A stretch of 64,000 bases of DNA. Origin: an uncultured Pseudomonadales bacterium (GTDB lineage Bacteria > Patescibacteriota > Microgenomatia > UBA1400 > MFAQ01). Positions within the stretch are counted from its first letter, which is position 1. The number at the start of each line of letters is the position of its first letter. Positions 50,035 through 59,635 of this stretch are shown in pieces. The stretch lies in assembly GCA_964513845.1 (NCBI GenBank), contig CAZENT010000003.1, forward strand, positions 70,809 through 134,808. The letters are read 5' to 3'. The position numbers and the translations under genes were made by a program. The notes under the pieces are model-generated. The model was not told the DNA's origin. It ran no database searches and worked only from the letters and a program-made list of their open reading frames with translations.

Positions 50035-50721
50035 TTATTGAAGTTTGAAAGTTTCGACTATTTGATCGAACAAATCTGTTTTGAGCGGATTCTTATCTCT
50101 TATTATAATAGCGAGCGTGCCCTTTCCATCATTTATTCTGGTGACGTAAGCTTTTGAGCGGAAGACGCCTGAATCGGTGGAGATGCCTGTGATTAGTGTG
50201 TAGTTTGTACCATTGAGATTTGTTTCGGTAATTGTTTTTTCTTCTAAACTCCAAGATTTAAAATTATTAAGGACTTTTTTCCAAACATCATCTGGGCTAA
50301 TATTCTCGTCAAGAGATAATACATCAATAAAACCCTCGATGGTTATTTTCATTAAGAAATCTTTTTCTATGCCTCCTGGGTAAATGTCGATTAAATTTGA
50401 TTGATCGGTTGCTTTGTTATTTTTAGAATCAAAACTTTCTTCAGAAATATTCCAATTCGAAGGATAACGAATTTCGTACCCTAAAAGATTGTTTTGATAT
50501 GTGGTCCATGATTTAGTGTCATCATGTCTTTTGTAGTTGTCTTCTTGGAATTTTTGTTCTCCAGTATATGGTTGGCCAAAAGATATGTTTTGTAGTTTGC
50601 TGTTTATCTGTTCAAAATTTAATGAATAGACTGCTAAAGAAACCACTAACCCAAAAAACAAAATGCATGATACGGGTGAGTGTTTTTTAATTTTCGTTTT
50701 CATTGATTGTGTAGGTTGCAT
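50035..50721 (-). CDS. Membrane-anchored PsbP-like protein
   Basis: N-terminal TM, WTTYQNNLLGYEIRYPSNW motif, FDQIVETFK end. Confidence 0.65.
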   Translation of the reverse strand: MQPTQSMKTKIKKHSPVSCILFFGLVVSLAVYSLNFEQINSKLQNISFGQPYTGEQKFQEDNYKRHDDTKSWTTYQNNLLGYEIRYPSNWNISEESFDSKNNKATDQSNLIDIYPGGIEKDFLMKITIEGFIDVLSLDENISPDDVWKKVLNNFKSWSLEEKTITETNLNGTNYTLITGISTDSGVFRSKAYVTRINDGKGTLAIIIRDKNPLKTDLFDQIVETFKLQ

Positions 50722-51268
50722 CGTTTGTAGCAGTGTTTAAAACTGTAATGATGGATGCGTTGAGAGGGCTGCCATCATATTTGCGGATATCTTCTACTGT
50801 GGTAATGACAACATTATTTTTAATTTTTAGATCGCTGGGGGAAAGTTTTTTAAAAATTCCTGTTTCCGTCTTTCCAGAAAAAACTGGACTTGATGGGGGA
50901 ACATGAGTAATTGTAGTATCTTCGTTTATGATTAAGGTTATCTTGGTGGTTCCAATTGAAGAGGGGACTTCAATAACAAGTTGTTTTTTTTCGATTTCTG
51001 AAATGACACCTGTAAGTGAGTAAACAGGGTTTGATATTTCTAGATATTTACTGTTGTTAGCTTCAGATAGATTCTCTGTGTTCGAATGTATGCGAGTGGT
51101 GAGAGTCAGATTGTTTCGATACTTGAGGAATAATAGAACAACTGTAATTACTAAAATAATGATTAAAGGAATGGATATTTTTATGATGAGGTCAAAAATA
51201 TCATTTTCCTTGTTTGAGGTTACTGGCTCGTGGGTGGATGGCTGTTGAATTAAGTAATTTTGGTCCAT
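50687..51268 (-). CDS. Membrane-anchored hypothetical protein
   Basis: Single TM followed by a beta-rich domain. Confidence 0.65.
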   Translation of the reverse strand: MDQNYLIQQPSTHEPVTSNKENDIFDLIIKISIPLIIILVITVVLLFLKYRNNLTLTTRIHSNTENLSEANNSKYLEISNPVYSLTGVISEIEKKQLVIEVPSSIGTTKITLIINEDTTITHVPPSSPVFSGKTETGIFKKLSPSDLKIKNNVVITTVEDIRKYDGSPLNASIITVLNTATNDATYTINENEN

Positions 51269-51292
51269 TTTTATGTTCTTCTTAATTCAGAT

Positions 51293-51976
51293 TTAATTAC
51301 AGTTGCCAACGATAAGATCTCCCCCTGTAGTGTAATAAACAGCTGTTCCTGTAACCGAAAGAGTACTATAGCGAGCAGCACCAACTGACTTGCCGTAGGT
51401 TCCAGAAGAGATGTTGTGAGCTCCGTAACATTTGTACATGACTACACCTCCACAAGATCTTCCATTGGAGTTTACGTAAGTGTCGGTTTGTATGGTACTA
51501 TCAGACCAGTGAACGGGGTGCCCAGAAAGAGGAACGTCGCAGAAAAGGTTAGTTGTATAACTAAAATAACCAGAGTAATGCCAAACGAGGTCATCTTGTC
51601 CTGCATGTGTGGTCCATGTAGGCCAACGAGGGCTACATGTACCTACTGGATTAACACCGGCAATTCCAACTCTTTTACTACTGACTGTAGATGGAAGATT
51701 GGCGTTGCCATAATCTGAACTGCAGGCACCTCCTGATGTAAAAGTGGTGCAATCTAAGAAGCTTCCCGTGCAAGTTGAGCTATTTGAACAAGTTTCCGGA
51801 CAATCTGAACCACACATATAACAACTGCCACATTGAACATAATTTGATCCACAACAACAAACAATGTCTTGACCACAACCTCCACAAGCTCCTCCGCAAA
51901 TTTCGGCACTTATTGAGGTCGTATTGCTAAGAAATGCTCCTACTGTGATGATGATTGCTAGTATGCGAATCGTCAT
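51293..51976 (-). CDS. Secreted Cys-rich protein with possible Bsp-like repeat
   Basis: Signal peptide, dense Cys/Gly N-terminus, PTWTTHAGQDDLVWH resembles a GBS Bsp-like repeat. Confidence 0.65.
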   Translation of the reverse strand: MTIRILAIIITVGAFLSNTTSISAEICGGACGGCGQDIVCCCGSNYVQCGSCYMCGSDCPETCSNSSTCTGSFLDCTTFTSGGACSSDYGNANLPSTVSSKRVGIAGVNPVGTCSPRWPTWTTHAGQDDLVWHYSGYFSYTTNLFCDVPLSGHPVHWSDSTIQTDTYVNSNGRSCGGVVMYKCYGAHNISSGTYGKSVGAARYSTLSVTGTAVYYTTGGDLIVGNCN

Positions 51977-53836
51977 TTAATTAGTTGAATTCTCTAATTC
52001 TTGAAGTCGAAGTTCGAGGTTGTTGAGTCTGTTTTTTAGTTGTTGGTTTTCAATTTTTAGTGAGTCGATTTCTTTCTTGTGATTTTTCATCTCAGCTAGA
52101 AGCAAGACTCCAAGTTTTTCGTAATCGACATTGGCAACATTTCTAGTGCCATCGCTCAGTGTTAGTTCTGGATACACCTTGAACACTTCTTCTGCAATGA
52201 GTCCGAACTGGCGTCCACCGGAAAGAGATTTTCCTAGCTGTTTGTATTTTTCTTTGTAGTCATATGTTTTGGGTTCAAGTTCATAAATTCTACTTGAATC
52301 TAAAACCATTGGAACAATGTTTTCTTTGTAATATTTGGATGATCCTCCTGCATACAAACTGCCGACCACATGAATTTTGTAAGTCGGAGCTGTTGTACCA
52401 ATGCCGACGTTGCCGGTACCGTTTGGCATTATGGCAAAGTGCTGGTTTGTGCCAGTAATGATATCTGAAGAAATTCCTGAAAAAACTACTGATCCAGTTG
52501 TAAATGTGGGTCCGTTGTTGGTAACGATGACTCCAGTTCCTGTTTCATCGCTGATGGAATAGCGCACGTTGGCTGAAGTAATAGTAGTGGTTAATTTGCC
52601 TCCTGTGGTAGTACTAACGAGTCTGTTTGCAGTTATTCCAGAGAAGGTTATAGTTCCTGATGATGTTAAGCCTGTTAAGCCTGTGGCAGCCCCTGCGGAT
52701 GATACATCCCAGTTTGATGAGTTTACCGCGACAGTGTTTGACCCCCCGCCAATACTAATCGCTCCGGTTGAAGTACCAGTGTTGATATTGGTTGCGTAAA
52801 TTGATGAAGAATTTAAATTTATATTTCCATACGAAGCATTAAATGAGCCGACAACGTCTAGTATTGCTTCTGGAGATGCGGTACCAATGCCGACATTGCC
52901 ATTAGCAGTTATTCGTAAGCGTTCGTTACCGCCGGTAGCAAACCACATAGGTGTATTTTCTGTGTTCCAAAATTCAGCGCCTCCCGAATAGTGATAATCA
53001 ATCCACAAGCCATCACTTCCTGTCGATCCAGAGTCACCATTTATGAGTTGAATGGCTGATGAATTAGCACTGGGTGCAAAAATAGTAAGTGGAGTGTTTG
53101 GGCTGGTTGTACCAATGCCGATTTTTCCACCTGTGTAAAGGTTGCCTGTTGCGGGAGAGAGACCTGCTAAACCGTTTTCTGGACAAATGGCACCAGCACA
53201 AATCAGTAGATTCCTGTTTACTGTTTGAATATCTCCAGCGGCGGCAAGAGTATCTGTGACGCCAGAAATGGCGAATCCCATTCGAAGAAGTTCGCGATCA
53301 GAGGTGGCATAAGTTCCAGTTGGGGTATTTACATCGGCATCGGCTATCGTCATGTCACTAATGTTTTCGCGATATGTCCATGTTGCGTCTGGGCAAAGAT
53401 TGGTGGTTTGATCTGCCAAAACCATTTGAATCTGGGTGATTGGAGAATCGAGTTTGAGAGTATTTCCATAGGGGTCTGTGGTGATATTTATTGGGTCGGG
53501 AACTCCGTCTAGGTCAGCATCCTTGACGCATAGTTTGCCTTGAGCTATTTTTCCGCTTGTGTTGATATAGATTATGCCTCGCTCAGTTTCAGTATCCTGA
53601 ATTACTATCTTGTATGGAGAGGGTGGAAAAACAAGAGTTTTGTGTAGAGTGATAGCGGTGCCAGGTGTAATAATCAAATCTCCATCAGCTACTCCGTTAA
53701 CATCTTCATAAACTACACAACTATTGTTAAAAGTAATATTTCCTCCTGAAGTAAAATTACAGTAGTCGTAGGCAGAAATGTGTTTGGGGAAAATGAAAAT
53801 TAGGGAAAGGGAAAGAAAAAAGAATATTTTTTTCAT
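51977..53836 (-). CDS. Secreted fibre/adhesin-like protein with peptidase S74 chaperone domain
   Basis: Signal peptide, three G(K/N)(I/V)GIGT repeats, SSKYYKENI...GLIAEEV...VDYEKL and terminal coiled coil. Confidence 0.8.
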   Translation of the reverse strand: MKKIFFFLSLSLIFIFPKHISAYDYCNFTSGGNITFNNSCVVYEDVNGVADGDLIITPGTAITLHKTLVFPPSPYKIVIQDTETERGIIYINTSGKIAQGKLCVKDADLDGVPDPINITTDPYGNTLKLDSPITQIQMVLADQTTNLCPDATWTYRENISDMTIADADVNTPTGTYATSDRELLRMGFAISGVTDTLAAAGDIQTVNRNLLICAGAICPENGLAGLSPATGNLYTGGKIGIGTTSPNTPLTIFAPSANSSAIQLINGDSGSTGSDGLWIDYHYSGGAEFWNTENTPMWFATGGNERLRITANGNVGIGTASPEAILDVVGSFNASYGNINLNSSSIYATNINTGTSTGAISIGGGSNTVAVNSSNWDVSSAGAATGLTGLTSSGTITFSGITANRLVSTTTGGKLTTTITSANVRYSISDETGTGVIVTNNGPTFTTGSVVFSGISSDIITGTNQHFAIMPNGTGNVGIGTTAPTYKIHVVGSLYAGGSSKYYKENIVPMVLDSSRIYELEPKTYDYKEKYKQLGKSLSGGRQFGLIAEEVFKVYPELTLSDGTRNVANVDYEKLGVLLLAEMKNHKKEIDSLKIENQQLKNRLNNLELRLQELENSTN

Positions 53837-53838
53837 AG

Positions 53839-54369
53839 TTATTTGATTAACATAGGCTGGGAGGTTTTGTTGCCCAACTCGGTAGTAATTTCAAAAGAGA
53901 CATTGTATATTTTTTCGTAGGTGTCCGAGAATTGATATGTGGTGGACCATATACCATTGGTGGTGGAACCTGAGATTAGCTTCATGGGGTGAGAGGTGGT
54001 TTGGGCATCAGTGTTGAGAGTGAGGCTGACAGTGTTGATAGGCTCTTTGCTTTGAATGGTAGCGGAAACGGTTTGTTTGGTGTCTTTGGCTGGATCAAGA
54101 GGGTCATAGGTGATGGAAGTGACGGTCGAATCTCCCCAAGATCCTTGAACATTGTAAGTTTGTTTGCCGTGAGGAAGGATAAGGTAGGGAGTGGGAGCGG
54201 CGACAGTGCCAGGGGGTAGCTTTTTATTTGTAATTGGAGTGGTTTTTGTAAGAGTCGGGGTGGGTAATTTCCAACCAAAAGGATTGGCAAGAAGAAGGAA
54301 AAAACCTAAAAGACCAAAAGAGACTCCTAAAATTACGTAGAGAACGGGAGATATTTTTCCTGAGTTCAT
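53839..54369 (-). CDS. Membrane-anchored hypothetical protein (Ig-like)
   Basis: N-terminal TM, Pro/Thr linker, beta-rich domain. Confidence 0.65.
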   Translation of the reverse strand: MNSGKISPVLYVILGVSFGLLGFFLLLANPFGWKLPTPTLTKTTPITNKKLPPGTVAAPTPYLILPHGKQTYNVQGSWGDSTVTSITYDPLDPAKDTKQTVSATIQSKEPINTVSLTLNTDAQTTSHPMKLISGSTTNGIWSTTYQFSDTYEKIYNVSFEITTELGNKTSQPMLIK

Positions 54370-54449
54370 AGCCTAGTATCAATATAGAGAAAATTGTGAT
54401 AATAGTCAATTATTTTGGGGGAGAGAAATGCTTTGCTCGATACCTAGTA

Positions 54450-54557
54450 TAAGAGCTTGCTCGTCTTCTTTTCCATAATAATTATTATGGAAATATCATC
54501 CTGTGCTTCCTCTTATATCTGCTCCTATAATTGCTTTACCATTATAGGATTGATATA
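54450..54557 (+). repeat. Repeat family R4, copy 2 (abuts 7TM gene -10 box)
   Basis: Homologous to 46544-46654. Confidence 0.75.
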
Positions 54558-54566
54558 ATACAGGCT

Positions 54567-55451
54567 ATGAAAAAAGCATTGATGGGACTTATTTTTTTGA
54601 TGGTTGTCGGGGCATTTTTTGGGACACCAAAATCATGGGCTATTTCTGAAACTGCTTTACCTAAAATAGTACCTACTGAAACAGCAACAGTGTCGGCAGA
54701 GACAGCTCCTGTAAAGGAAATTGACTTAACTGTGCCTAAACAAGAGGGTGATCGTTTGACTAAACTGATGAATGGACAAAAATTATCAGGATGGTGGGGC
54801 AAGGATGTTTTGAAACTGGCTATGCGTAAAGCTGTGTCTGAAGGAGTGTCTCCCAATACCCTGGTACTGCTTTTCTTATTTCCTCTAGTGGCAGCTTTGG
54901 TGGCTTTTTCTCGCCAAGTGGTCGGTGTGTCTGGATTTGGCATGATTACACCTGCCTTACTTTCGGTGGCCTTTTTGTCTACCGGAGGCTTGGTGGGCTT
55001 AGTGCTTCTGTTCTTTATTCTTGGCGTGGCAACATTGGGAAGATTGTTAATCAAGAAAGTCAAAGTGCCATATTTTCCAAAACTAGCTATTCTGATCTGG
55101 GTGGTTTCAATGGCTGTTTTGGTTTTGCTTTTGATGTCGCCGATGATTGGCCTTGAAAGACTAATGAGCGTGGGAATTTTTCCCATTATGCTGTTTGTGC
55201 TTTTGGCTGAAACTTTTATCGAAGCTCAGATTACCAGAAGTTTGGCCACTTCAATGTGGATGACAATCGAAACAGTGATTTTGGCTTTGATTGCTTATAA
55301 ATTGATGAGCGCTCCTTGGATTCAGTCTCAGGTATTGCTTCATCCGGAAATTACCGTAGTCGGAATTTTGGGTCTGGACTATTTGATCGGTACTTATAAG
55401 GGATTGAGATTAATGGAGATTTGGAGATTTCGTAAATTATTGAGAAAATAA
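54567..55451 (+). CDS. 7TM membrane protein (7TM_transglut-like)
   Basis: RQVVGVSGFG..TP, PKLA, IFPIML, G.YKGLRLMEIWRF end; upstream of an ATP-grasp gene. Confidence 0.82.
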   Translation: MKKALMGLIFLMVVGAFFGTPKSWAISETALPKIVPTETATVSAETAPVKEIDLTVPKQEGDRLTKLMNGQKLSGWWGKDVLKLAMRKAVSEGVSPNTLVLLFLFPLVAALVAFSRQVVGVSGFGMITPALLSVAFLSTGGLVGLVLLFFILGVATLGRLLIKKVKVPYFPKLAILIWVVSMAVLVLLLMSPMIGLERLMSVGIFPIMLFVLLAETFIEAQITRSLATSMWMTIETVILALIAYKLMSAPWIQSQVLLHPEITVVGILGLDYLIGTYKGLRLMEIWRFRKLLRK

Positions 55452-55464
55452 TATTGAGATTTTT

Positions 55465-56775
55465 ATGATTAGACTGAACGACATACTAGGGCTTAATGCT
55501 CGATCGGCTGACTATTTGCTTTTAAACAAAAAGTCCGCCCGAAAAAGAGCAGACGACAAACTCTTGACAAAGAGAATGCTGAAACGCGCCCATGTAGCTC
55601 ACCCTAGGCTGTTGGGGGTGCTGAAAGATGCTCATGAAGTGAGAGATTTTGACTGGAGCAAACTAACCGGAGGATTTGCCGTAAAACCAGTTCAGGGTTT
55701 TGGCGGACAGGGAATAGTGCTCGTGAAGCGCCAGGCTAAAGAAGAGGGAAAATTTTGGACTGTAGACGGAAAGAAAATAAGTATAGAAGATCTCGTGCTG
55801 CACACTGTAGATATTGTCGAGGGGAAATATTCACACAATAATTTACCTGACAAAGCGATGATCGAAGAGAGAATTACCATTCATCCTAAGTTTAAAAAAT
55901 TAGCTGTAGGTGGCGCTCCTGATGTGAGAGTAATTGTTTTTAACAATATTCCTGTGATGGCGATGTTACGCTTACCAACTGAAGAAAGTGCCGGAAAGGC
56001 CAATCTTCATCAGGGTGCTATTGGCCTGGGAATTGATATGGCAACAGGGATTACAACCTATGGAGTATATAAAAATGGCCAGATAAAGTATTTTCCGGAT
56101 ACAAATAAAAAGGTAAACGGGATTGCTATTCCTTACTGGAACAAAATTCTTCTGATGGCAGTAAAAACACAAAAAGTGTCGCACTTGCCATATTTGTCGG
56201 TGGACATGCTTATAGATGAGAAAAAAGGACCTGTGGTTTTGGAGTTAAACGATCAACCAGGACTTTCTATCCAGCTTGCGAATATGGCCGGACTCCGCAG
56301 AAGACTTCAAAGAGTTGAAGGGTTGGAAGTTGACAATGTGGAAAAGGGGGTAAAGATTGGAAAAGCATTGTTTGCCAGTAAATTTGCCAATAGGGTACAG
56401 TTTTTGGGAGAAGACAAACCAGTATTGGGAATATTTGAAACAGCTCAGATTAAGACGGGAAAAAAGAAGTGGACTGAGGTGCGATGCAAGATCGATACCG
56501 GTGCTAGAAGCACTTCAATTGATCAAAGTTTGGCTTTGGAATTGGGCTTGCTCCGCCCCGAAAATGTGCTTTGGACAAAGAAAGTTAAAAATTCTCTGGG
56601 TTTTGAGGAGAGAACAATCATCGGGATTACGATGAAAATAAAGGGAAAGACGATAAGGACACGAGCTAGCCTTACCAATAGGGCAGAGCTAAGACGCCAG
56701 TTTTTGATTGGTAGACGAGATTTGAAAGATTTTGTGGTTAATCCGGGGTTGATTAGAATTAGAAAGAAAAAATGA
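55465..56775 (+). CDS. Alpha-L-glutamate ligase-like ATP-grasp protein fused to RimK-associated aspartyl protease domain
   Basis: ILGLNAR, DDKLLTK, VKPVQGFGGQGI, DVRVIV, ANLHQG, LELNDQPGLSIQ; C-terminal KIDTGARSTSID...LIGR. Confidence 0.85.
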   Translation: MIRLNDILGLNARSADYLLLNKKSARKRADDKLLTKRMLKRAHVAHPRLLGVLKDAHEVRDFDWSKLTGGFAVKPVQGFGGQGIVLVKRQAKEEGKFWTVDGKKISIEDLVLHTVDIVEGKYSHNNLPDKAMIEERITIHPKFKKLAVGGAPDVRVIVFNNIPVMAMLRLPTEESAGKANLHQGAIGLGIDMATGITTYGVYKNGQIKYFPDTNKKVNGIAIPYWNKILLMAVKTQKVSHLPYLSVDMLIDEKKGPVVLELNDQPGLSIQLANMAGLRRRLQRVEGLEVDNVEKGVKIGKALFASKFANRVQFLGEDKPVLGIFETAQIKTGKKKWTEVRCKIDTGARSTSIDQSLALELGLLRPENVLWTKKVKNSLGFEERTIIGITMKIKGKTIRTRASLTNRAELRRQFLIGRRDLKDFVVNPGLIRIRKKK

Positions 56776-56779
56776 TAGG

Positions 56780-56961
56780 AAAAAATATTTTTGGATATTT
56801 CTTAAATTTTCTTCCATACAAAAAACCGGACGCTATTTTGCCTGCGCAAAATCCGTCCTTACTATCAGCGAAATTTTCTTTGAATACAAAGAAACCGGGC
56901 AATTTCGCTTTGCGCGATATTTTTTGTATCGGACGAAAATTACGAAATGTAAAATATTTTC
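56780..56961 (+). repeat. Structured repeat family R2, copy within ATP-grasp cluster
   Basis: ATTTTGC-CTGC-GCAAAAT hairpin, TTCTTTG-AATA-CAAAGAA, ACCGGGC bulge. Confidence 0.85.
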
Positions 56962-57036
56962 TTAATTGGGAGTGCACTTCAAAACATAATATATTATTGA
57001 ATAATTTATCAAGCAGATTAGTGTTAAATTAAGTAT

Positions 57037-57951
57037 ATGAAAATAGCATACCTGCACAGAATTACTTTCGACGAGAGTGAACAGAGATTTTTGGAAGAAG
57101 CCAAAAATCTAGGGATTGAGCTGGTGTTGATCAAATACAGACAGCTAAGAATGGTTGATGGAAAAATTCTTTTTGAAGACACTGATATGAAAGACTTCGA
57201 TGGCTGGTTTTTCCGCTCTGTGGGGTCTGAACTGGAGTGGAGTAAGCTCTTACAGCTTTATGCCAAGAAACACAATATTCCTGTCGTTGACGAGTATTTG
57301 AAAACCGAAGGACCTTTGCGCCGTTTTAAAAGCGTGATGACTTGGCAACTGGTTGAGGCAGGAGTGAAGTATCCAAAATCTCAGTATATCGAGACTTGGA
57401 ATGACTTAGAGAAGTTTTTGAGAGAGGCAAGTTTTCCTTTGATTGTGAAACTTTCTCAGGGTGGAAGACATGGAATGGGAACTTTTTGGATTAGAGAGTT
57501 TGAAGATTTGAACAAACTAAAAGTAATTTTGGAAGAGAGAAAAGAAAAAGCCAAAAAGAAGGGTGAAAAAGTGCCGATGATTAGGGGATTTTTGGTTCAA
57601 GAATATATTGAGAATGATGGAGATTTCCGAGTGGTGACGGTTGGATATAAATGTATTGGAGGATTTAAAAGACAGGTAAAAGAGGAAAAATTGATTTTGA
57701 ACAAGAGTCAGGGCAATTCAATTGGATTAAAAGAAGTGCCTGAAGCTGTGGTGAGAACCGCAGAGGCTGCGGCAAGGGCATTGGAAGTGGAAGTGGCCGG
57801 GACGGATTTGGTTATCAGTAAGAAAACCGGAGAAGTTTACATAATTGAAGTGAACGAAGCACCGCAGTTTAAGGTGTTTGAAAAGAGAACTAAGATTAAT
57901 GCGCCAAGAAAAATCTTGGAGTACTGTATAGAAAAATTTCGAAAATTATGA
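57037..57951 (+). CDS. RimK/LysX-family ATP-grasp ligase
   Basis: FPLIVK..GGRHGMG, LVQEYI..DFRV, AGTDL, IIEVNEAPQF. Confidence 0.88.
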   Translation: MKIAYLHRITFDESEQRFLEEAKNLGIELVLIKYRQLRMVDGKILFEDTDMKDFDGWFFRSVGSELEWSKLLQLYAKKHNIPVVDEYLKTEGPLRRFKSVMTWQLVEAGVKYPKSQYIETWNDLEKFLREASFPLIVKLSQGGRHGMGTFWIREFEDLNKLKVILEERKEKAKKKGEKVPMIRGFLVQEYIENDGDFRVVTVGYKCIGGFKRQVKEEKLILNKSQGNSIGLKEVPEAVVRTAEAAARALEVEVAGTDLVISKKTGEVYIIEVNEAPQFKVFEKRTKINAPRKILEYCIEKFRKL

Positions 57952-57953
57952 AA

Positions 57954-58182
57954 ATGAATATTTCCGTATTCCTGCCGCACTCACTAACAGGGCTTATCAC
58001 CCTAGTTCTTTGTTGGCCACCGATAATTTGTCGCTTCCTGCGAGCGACAATCATCTCGATTCTCGACTTGAATTTCCACTTCGTGGAACCAAGCAATTCA
58101 AGTCTGCGAAGCGTGGCACAAAGAACAATGGTTCACGTCCTTTATGATATTCGTGCGTATGAAATAGTTGGAAAATATTCAT
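57954..58182 (+). repeat. Structured repeat R2 (subtype R3), intergenic copy
   Basis: Outer IR ATGAATATTT/AAATATTCAT; core 58006-58128 identical to 60700-60822. Confidence 0.9.
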
Positions 58183-58191
58183 AATTAATAT

Positions 58192-59106
58192 ATGAAAAAA
58201 GTATTAATACTGACCAGATTTAGAGGGGAGTATGAACCAAGGCGATTGGCTGAGGAAGCTGCTGCTTTTGGATATGAAGTGGATAGAGTGAATTATGAAC
58301 ATGTACGATTGGGAGTAAGCCCTTTGGGTAAACCGGTAATTGATCTAATGACCGGGAAGAAGCTGGAAGAGTACGACTTGGTAATTCCTAGGGCAGCAAC
58401 AAAACGAGGCGGTGAATCGATGTTGGGAGTGAAATCGGTAATTTTGGAGTATATCGAAAAACTGGTAGATAACAAGCCAACAGTAATCAATGGTGAAAGT
58501 TTTCGATTTTATCCTTTGATGGGAAAACTGGAACAGGGAATTCTTTTGGCTCAGGAGGGATTGTCGGTGATTCCTTTTGCTTCATTTAATGGTCATCGGG
58601 GATGGAAAAGATATCTGGAAATTCTGGCAAAAAGAAAAAATGCCTTTGTTCCAGTGATGGTAAAGGCTCGTTTTGGCAGTCATGGAAAGAACGTAAAACT
58701 GGCCGAAAACATTGAAAGATTGATAAAACTATCGCAAAGATATAGTGAGGGAGATGTATTGATTCAACCCGTGATTGTGGTTCGCAGATGGTATCGAGTT
58801 CTGGTACTTAATGGAGAGGTTTTGGGAATGATGAAACATAGACAGAAAAATAAGTTTCAGACTGAGGCAATTCAGACAGAAACAGCTTTACTGAAACCAA
58901 AATTTACCAAAGAACAAATGGAGGAGTTGAAAATTTTGGCCATTAGAGCGGCGAAAGTGCTTAAGGCTGATTTTGCCGGACTAGACATCGCATGGGATGA
59001 AAACTCAAAAGGGTGGAGAATTTTCGAAGTAAACAGAACAGCTCAGTTCCGATGGTTTGAGAAAGCTTATCCGGAAATAAACGTGGCACAGGCGATGGTT
59101 TTGTAA
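58192..59106 (+). CDS. RimK-family ATP-grasp ligase (divergent)
   Basis: LVIPR, PVMVKARFGSHGKNV, YRVLVL, AGLDI, FEVNRTAQF. Confidence 0.85.
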   Translation: MKKVLILTRFRGEYEPRRLAEEAAAFGYEVDRVNYEHVRLGVSPLGKPVIDLMTGKKLEEYDLVIPRAATKRGGESMLGVKSVILEYIEKLVDNKPTVINGESFRFYPLMGKLEQGILLAQEGLSVIPFASFNGHRGWKRYLEILAKRKNAFVPVMVKARFGSHGKNVKLAENIERLIKLSQRYSEGDVLIQPVIVVRRWYRVLVLNGEVLGMMKHRQKNKFQTEAIQTETALLKPKFTKEQMEELKILAIRAAKVLKADFAGLDIAWDENSKGWRIFEVNRTAQFRWFEKAYPEINVAQAMVL

Positions 59107-59125
59107 AATATGATACGATTTCTTT

Positions 59126-59293
59126 ATGAGACAGAAATCGACTGATATTGTTGAGGGTCAAGATTACCATCAGCAGTATGCTCAATCTTCCGATGAAATA
59201 AAAATGAGTAAATGGGAAAAAGCGGAGAAAGCAAAAAGGGGTGAGAGGCAGGGGTTGAGTAAGTTTCGGGTGGGTAAAATTGTAAAAAAATAA
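59126..59293 (+). CDS. Small basic hypothetical protein (55 aa, below ORF-track cutoff)
   Basis: MRQKSTDIVEGQDYHQQ...KFRVGKIVKK; TG-A-TACGAT extended -10 box 6 nt upstream. Confidence 0.55.
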   Translation: MRQKSTDIVEGQDYHQQYAQSSDEIKMSKWEKAEKAKRGERQGLSKFRVGKIVKK

Positions 59294-59356
59294 TTTTCTA
59301 TTTCTTTCTTTCCTCTTTTGTCACTTAGTTTAGTCCATTTCACAGCCAAACCTTAA

Positions 59357-59551
59357 TATTTCCCTCATTACTTGACCTGTCGCCTTATACCTTTTCAAAA
59401 ACCGGATGCTCTTTCGCCCTGCGCGAAAGCCATCCATTACTTGCAGCCAAAAATTCTTGAGACTACTCAAGAAACCAGGCTTTTTGGCTTTGCGCAATAT
59501 TTTTGAAAAAGTATTAAGGCTCCGGTCTAGATTGTTTTCGGGAAACGATAT
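59357..59551 (+). repeat. Structured repeat family R2, copy before TMTC-like gene
   Basis: Core near-identical to 46311-46527; preceded by a 30 bp R1 left-end fragment (59300-59329). Confidence 0.9.
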
Positions 59552-59635
59552 AACTTCCTCATAAGAATAAAGTACTGCGGAATTTATCAATATTTTTTTA
59601 TACAGATTTTACGAGTATGGCTATACAATTGAGGG

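Noticed and set aside
51977-53836. Prophage
   Set aside because: No capsid, terminase, portal or adjacent integrase; the protein has a signal peptide.
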